Shown here: one piece after another, positions 58,321 through 64,000 of the stretch | Numbering within the stretch: the first letter of the stretch is position 1 | Layout of the letters: every line of letters starts with the position of its first letter | Assembly (NCBI GenBank): GCA_002269645.1 | Contig: NIVC01002463.1 | Coordinates: 79,897-143,896 of the forward strand | Origin: Macrostomum lignano | Taxonomy: Eukaryota | Length of the DNA: 64,000 nucleotides | Direction of reading: 5' to 3' | Position numbers and translations under genes: made by a program | The notes under the pieces: model-generated | Told to the model about the DNA's origin: nothing | Database searches by the model: none | The model's input: the letters and a program-made list of their open reading frames with translations, nothing else

Positions 58321-59473
58321 ATGCGTCCAAAAGTCGTTGCATTTCTGTTGCTGCTTTTGCTAATCTTCGCGGGCCTTGTATACAGGCACCATGGGCTGTC
58401 ATTGATCCGGCCAGAGGGCGGAGCCAGACTCAGGCTGACGGGAATTCGCTGCGTCTGCCACGACCGGAAGTGCAAGGCAGCTTTGCACTCGATGATGGAC
58501 ATGAGAACCGACCGAGTGCCACGGATTCGGCACATTCTGTGGAAGTCCGACCGAGTGTCCGCCTACTTTGCAAAGCAGCTCAAGTCGTGGACCGACATTC
58601 ACCCGGGCTGGACCTACGTTCTGTGGCGCGACGCCGACCTGGATAGGTTTGTTGCCAAGCACTACACAGGTGCATTGCAGAAGTTCAGGTCGCTAAAGGA
58701 GAACATCATGCGAGTGGACATGGCTCGCTACTTAATTCTCCACCATGTGAGCGTAAATCTCTGGGTGTTTATTAGCGATCATTATGCAATCTGACTCACC
58801 GAGCTCGACCTTTCAGTTCGGAGGAGTTTACGCAGACCTGGATTACACGCTGGTGCGCTCGCTGGATCCATTCCTCAAGTACACTGCCGTAGTGCCTATC
58901 GAGACTGAGGCTTTCGCTCTGCTCTATTTCGGCATGAGCACCTGGCCACCAGACCTACTTGGAAACCCGGCGTTCATGTTTTCCGCGCCGCAGCATCCGT
59001 TTTTCTTTTTCTGCATCCTTCAGCTGATGGCGAATCCCGCCACCGATGTGTTCACGTTCGCTGGTCCGCTAGGACTCTCAGCCATGCTGAAGCGGTACGC
59101 CACTGACCGACCGGCCGTCTCCGATCTCAGCGATGTGGTGTTCGTGCCGGTGTCAAGAGCGTTCTCCTCCTACGCAAACAACAGCCTACGAAGCAGCACG
59201 AGCGAGTACAAGGGCGGCATCATGGACGCTCTGAACAGGCAGTGCGATGCAGTTCGAAAGTCGACCGTCTCTCCGCCAGAGTTGAAGTCCTACTGCAAGG
59301 ATGTGTACAACCTGGATCCCATCACCGACCGCAGGGAGCTCGCGTTCGCCATTCACGACAGCAACAAGGCGCGGTCGTCCTACGACAAGCGAGGCTCGCC
59401 ACAGTTTTACAAAGACTCTGTGAGCATTCGGACCGTAGTGCCGAATGTTCGGATGGCGAGGGAGATTATCTGA
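58321..59473 (+). CDS. Family 32 DXD glycosyltransferase (SUR1/OCH1-like), type II membrane, about 360 aa, 2 exons
   Basis: Exons 58321-58746 and 58817-59473 (70-nt GT-AG intron). N-terminal TM; VPRIRHILW, WTDIHPGWTYVLWRDADL, RVDMARYLILHHFGGVYADLD, PAFMFSAPQHPFF, FAGPLGLS. Confidence 0.9.
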
Positions 59474-60897
59474 CGCAATTCTAAATCTACTTGTGCGTGG
59501 GCCTTTGAGCATTCTGTTCTGTTGGTACAATTGAGTCTGTACGTACAGCAGATTCTGTAGTTACATCAGATTCTGTAGGTACAGAAGATTCTGTAGGTAC
59601 AGCAGATTCTGAAGGTACAGCGGATTCTGTGAGATGCAACAGATTCTGTTGGTACAATTGCGTCTGCAGGTACAGCAGGTTCTGTAGGAGCGGTCTACAC
59701 TATTCTTCACTGTTGGTTATTTCATTTGCAAAAAACTACTTTACGATATTTAACTCAAGTAATAGATGTCACATATTGCAATATATGATAGCTGTATGCA
59801 ATCTGTTAAATTGCTGGAAATGTATGCAATGGGAGTAATAGAGTAACACTGGCTTTATCCATTGTTATCAGTTAATGCCTACAAATTTAGCGAGAAAATA
59901 ATGTCAGGAGACATCAATATTGTTAAAACTCTTGTCACTGGTGACAGCAATCTTGATCGATGATTGAGAGCAGACGTGCACTTTCAGAGCGATCTATGGA
60001 GTTCAATCTTCGTGCTAGGTGTCGCGGCTTCCGATTTGCGCTTTTGCCATCTGAATGTCATCTGGAATCATTTTACTACGTGGTTTTAAACTGCACGTTT
60101 CAATCATAATTAATTAAGTATGTAATTTATAAATAATTTATTTCTGTCCTGGTTTCCTGAAGTTCCTGAAGTTGCATGAAGTTTGAGGTGTTTTTTCGTT
60201 GGTTCTTCATTGGCGAAATTTTTGTTTGCCTGCCGAGGTATGACTTAAATGGACTAAAATTTTCACCCGTCGAAAGCCCTTTATGACTTTTCATTTACTT
60301 TTTATTTAATGAGAGATAAGTAAAAGAATTACCGAGGCCAACATATTTTTTCCCAGGAATCGGTGTCGTTAGCGCTTTTCCCTCTCAGGGAGTCTACAAA
60401 TCGCATTTAAATTTCCTGAAGGGTTCGAACTGTGTCATGATGAAATGTTCTCACTTAGAGTAAAATACAAAAAGCTCTGTATTTTAACCAAACAGCCTAA
60501 TTATTGATCAAAACGATTGACCAATTCAGTTTCAAAAAGTTCGAGCTTAAGTTCGGGATCAGGTCGAGTTTTCATTCCGAGTTCAGGCTTTAGGGTTTGA
60601 TAAAAATGTTTAGGTCAGGGTTCGTGGTTGGGGTAAGGGGGTACCGGGACGCTGGAATTCGACCGACAAGATTTCAAGCGACTTTATTTTACGCGACTTA
60701 CAATTGAAGCGGGGTCAAGGGGCGCTGAGCCCATTTGCACACCAGCACACAAGACAAAGAAATAATGAAATCCAAAAATTGTCTATGGCCAAAACTCCTT
60801 ATTTTGCGAATTGAAAAAATAGTAACTGATACTAAGAATTATTAAGCAGCACTAAGCTTTACTTTTTAAATATACAAGTTGTAGAAACATTAACTAG

Positions 60898-61357
60898 GTA
60901 TTGCTTTTGTCAGCCTAACTGAGAATAAAGCCACCCAAAATGAGAATCCTGCCTACGCTGACTGCGAAGGGCCTGGCTGCGTGCAGCCTTAGTCTATGGG
61001 CCATAGACAATAAAGGACAAGCAAAGTGATAAAAAGCCATCCAATGTGAGAATCGATTGGTCTATGCGTTGTATTCTTTTATTTTTATACCTTCTGAGCT
61101 TCTGAGCCATATGACTAGCCAATCCTAGCTTATCCTTTATAGTCTATGGCTCATAGACTAGGCTGAACGCAGCTAGGCCCTTCGTATTCAGCGTAGGCAG
61201 GATTCTCACATTGGATGGCTTTTTATCACTTTGCTTATCCTTTATAGTCTATGGCCCATAGACTAAGGCTGCACGCAGCCAGGCCTTTCGCAGTTAGCGT
61301 AGGCAGGATTCTCACTTTGGATGGCTTTATTCTCAGTTAGGCTGACAAAACCAATAC
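60898..61357. mobile_element. Foldback/MITE with long inverted arms of about 175 bp
   Basis: 60898-61075 is nearly the reverse complement of 61200-61357; the spacer holds a third partial copy of the arm subunit; no ORF. Confidence 0.85.
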
Positions 61358-62271
61358 TTATATGCATACGAGTTTTTTTACTTATTGAAGTTGGCCATAG
61401 ATTATTGCAGCGAGCGGATGCCGTGCGTTTCTCCCCGTTTCAACACGCCTAGGCTAACTATAATACACCTTTTCACGTTCAATTTTGATCAAAGTCCAGT
61501 TCTAAAAAAACTAGCGGAAATTCAATTCAGTCCATTTAGACTGGGGCCCAGTCTAACCCCAGTTCAAAACATTCTAACCGAAGTAAGGTTTAGCCATAGA
61601 CAAAATTATCCTCAGTCTGAATTGAATTTCCGCTATTATGAATGAAAACATTATATAAGCCCATATTTGGAATTTGGCCCATAAACACTGAAAGAAACTG
61701 CGTCCCTATTTCTATCTCGCTGAGCAAAAAGATTAGCTGACTGACTACAGTTCTCTAGCTATTTCGTTGTGTTGTTTCTTAAACCTAAAAGACAGGCTTT
61801 AGGATCAAGCCTTCCCTCAAGCACGAAGCCTTGAATGAATCAGCTCGGACCATGGAGGAAAGAATAGACTGGAGTGCTAATCTGAGCCAGTTATTTTTGT
61901 CTCGCTCGATCTTAACTTTTAACATCCGCTTCCCCCCGTTCTTTCCTATTGGCTCGTGACTGCCATAGACAAGTATTTTTCGTCTCGTTTTCGTTTTCGT
62001 TCCCTCTGAAAGGTCTGTCCCAGCACAGTACGAGCTCGCATCAAAATATGCTTTCAGCCAATAAACAGGGGAAAAGGATGTTAAATATAAATAACAGGCT
62101 CAGATTAGCATTCCATTCTATTCTTTCCTCCATGGCTCGGACCCACCTCCTCCACTCCCTCTCTCTCTATCTTATCCACACCAGAGTGTGGGTTGCACAG
62201 AAACGTAGAGCCGTCAAGATTTGATGCGTTGGAGTCAGTGCACAGCTTAGTTGTGTTGTATGCTGCAGCAC

Positions 62272-63001
62272 TCGGGCAGCTCAACCGCTTAGGCGCCTCC
62301 AACAAGGTGTCCCTAAGGTGGATCCCTGGGCACTTGGGCCACCCTGGCAACGAGCTGGCCGATCGCCTGGCCAAGGCTGGCTCGACCGGTTTTTTCTGGT
62401 CCCCTGCCCGTGGCCCCACCCCCACCGCCGTTGTCACCATTCGGATCAACCAGCGGGTGGCTTCTAAGCACAGGGAAAGGTGGGCTAACGCCTCCGACTG
62501 CCGGCAATCCGCGCGGCTGTCCCCTGTCCTTCCTCCGCCTGCGCAGGGCCCTGCTTGGACCCAACCGCAGGGACATCAGGGCGGTGACCATGGCCCTCTC
62601 AGGTCATGGCTGCTTTGCCAGGCATCGTCACCTCCAGGGAAAAATCCGCAGTGAGGATTGCCCCTTCTGCCTCTCCGGTATCGAGAATGCGGAGCACTTC
62701 ATCTGTGAATGCCACGTCTTTACTCAGGACAGGCTCACCTACCTCGGCCCAAACCCGGACCTCTACGACGTTTTTAGGCCCGAGAATCTGCTGCCGAGAA
62801 CCTAAGGGCTACCGTGCGAGCGACTATCCACCTCCTGGACTCGCCGGAGGGGGACCGCGCTGCGGACACCGGCACCACCGGATCTCCTTGCGCGAACCGC
62901 AGCACCAGCTGCCCGTGGTCGCCAGGGTTAGCGAAATGGGCAGCAACGCCTCCTCGCTGTTTCCGGACGCACGGAGCTCCTTATAGCTAAGTCTAAGTCT
63001 A
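62272..63001 (+). mobile_element. 5'-truncated non-LTR retrotransposon (RNase H plus C-terminal Cys/His zinc-finger-like motif; I/LOA/Tad1-type)
   Basis: RNase H motif [23 protein letters not shown]; frameshift; LSGHG...CPFC...ENAEHFICEC; (TAAGTC)n 3' tail; 12-bp TSD ATGCTGCAGCAC at 62260-62271 and 63002-63013. Confidence 0.92.
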
Positions 63002-63549
63002 ATGCTGCAGCACGGGTGCGATCCGTCGCTCCAGTTGTTGAAACGTGTCAAAGCGCATTCTACGAGTAAAGCGCTGAACAAAGTCGCCATCGTTGTCCAT
63101 GAACGCTCTCTCTATATAAACACGAGACAGGCGTAGTTCGTCGTCTACTTCCCACAATTGGAGCAGATCCATGATGCAAATGCTAGTTCTAGTTGGCTTT
63201 TACCCTGCTTTGAGGGTGGATTAAAATTTTTTTATATAAGAGCTTTGTCAAATTGGATTCAGCACCTCTGCTCCTCTGCTACATATTCTGTGCCTCTGCT
63301 ACACAAAAATTGTCTATGGGCATCGATGTTTGATGAGTGGTAGAACAACAGTGCATTGTAAAATACATGTAGAGATAGCTTCGTAAAATTGGTCTCAGGA
63401 CGCGAATGCGCCCGAACACGCCCTGGGCCATAGACAGCAGCTTGGTAACGTAAAGCTGCATGCATCTGCGCACGACTTGGCATTGAGTAGAGAACTATAT
63501 GTAATGGTCCAGCGAAGTCGAAGTCAAGCGGATTATCAAATTTCAAAAG

Positions 63550-63908
63550 ATGCAAGCTTACAATGAGTCTGCGGAGCTCGGCAGCAACCGCACCGACATT
63601 TGCGCCCAGCCGATGGACAAAGCCGTTCGGAAAGTCCTATGGGTGCTGAACATCTACACCATGCTGACATTTCTGTACTGACAGTATTCTGTGCTGACAT
63701 TTCTGCTGACATTTTTTATTGATCTGTCGCAATGTTAACCAGCTTCACGACGCTCAGGTTCGCGCCGTGGCCGTCTGACCTGCTGAATACCACGGAGAAG
63801 CAGGTGCACATGGCCAAGCAGAATCACAGGAGCAGTATGAGCACCTCCGCGGCTAGCTTCGGCCTGAGACAGCTGACAGGACTGAGCTCGAATCAGATTA
63901 TACCGTGA
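63550..63908 (+). CDS. Possible small single-pass membrane protein, about 96 aa, 2 exons
   Basis: Exons 63550-63674 and 63743-63908 join in frame across a 68-nt GT-AG intron containing CTGAC; N-glycosylation sequons NES and NRT precede the hydrophobic stretch VLWVLNIYTMLTFLFTTL. No family recognised. Confidence 0.35.
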
Positions 63909-64000
63909 TGAGGATTAGCGCTCGGAAATCTGGAGTTCGCAGTTTTCACTTCGCTCTGAGCTCGAAACTCTAAACAATATACATACATAAGGGTTAAATA

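Overview
Eukaryotic (animal) genomic DNA; no rRNA, true tRNA gene or CRISPR array. GC-rich exons, GT-AG introns filled with minisatellites and the gene content resemble the flatworm Macrostomum (inference, not verified). Genes rebuilt by hand from splice sites and recalled family motifs: 3' end of METTL9 (+), ALKBH2 (+, frame problems), 12-exon CHD1L/ALC1 with an extra C-terminal BRCT-like domain (+), TMEM116-like GPCR-type protein (-), NSUN5 (-), SLMAP-like FHA/coiled-coil/tail-anchor protein (-), an unknown charged coiled-coil gene (-), a short spatacsin/SPG11 (+), a secreted WSC-domain protein with a 1-bp frameshift (-), a GT32 glycosyltransferase (+) and a possible small membrane protein (+). 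Mobile DNA: a Tc1 deletion derivative, three MITE/foldback elements, a tRNA-derived SINE family (two copies with TSDs), a second SINE, a 5'-truncated RNase H-type LINE with a 12-bp TSD, and a stand-alone rve integrase with hairpin-rich flanks (Ginger-like candidate). About 25 tandem-repeat arrays account for most ORFs in the supplied track, which are spurious. I found no clearly novel multi-gene system. The best leads are the CHD1L-BRCT fusion, the Ginger-like element, a shared AGATC core across many minisatellites, an ETS-site array, a possible ALKBH2-CHD1L operon and the microbial-type GT32. Gene names rest on remembered motifs; no database search was run.
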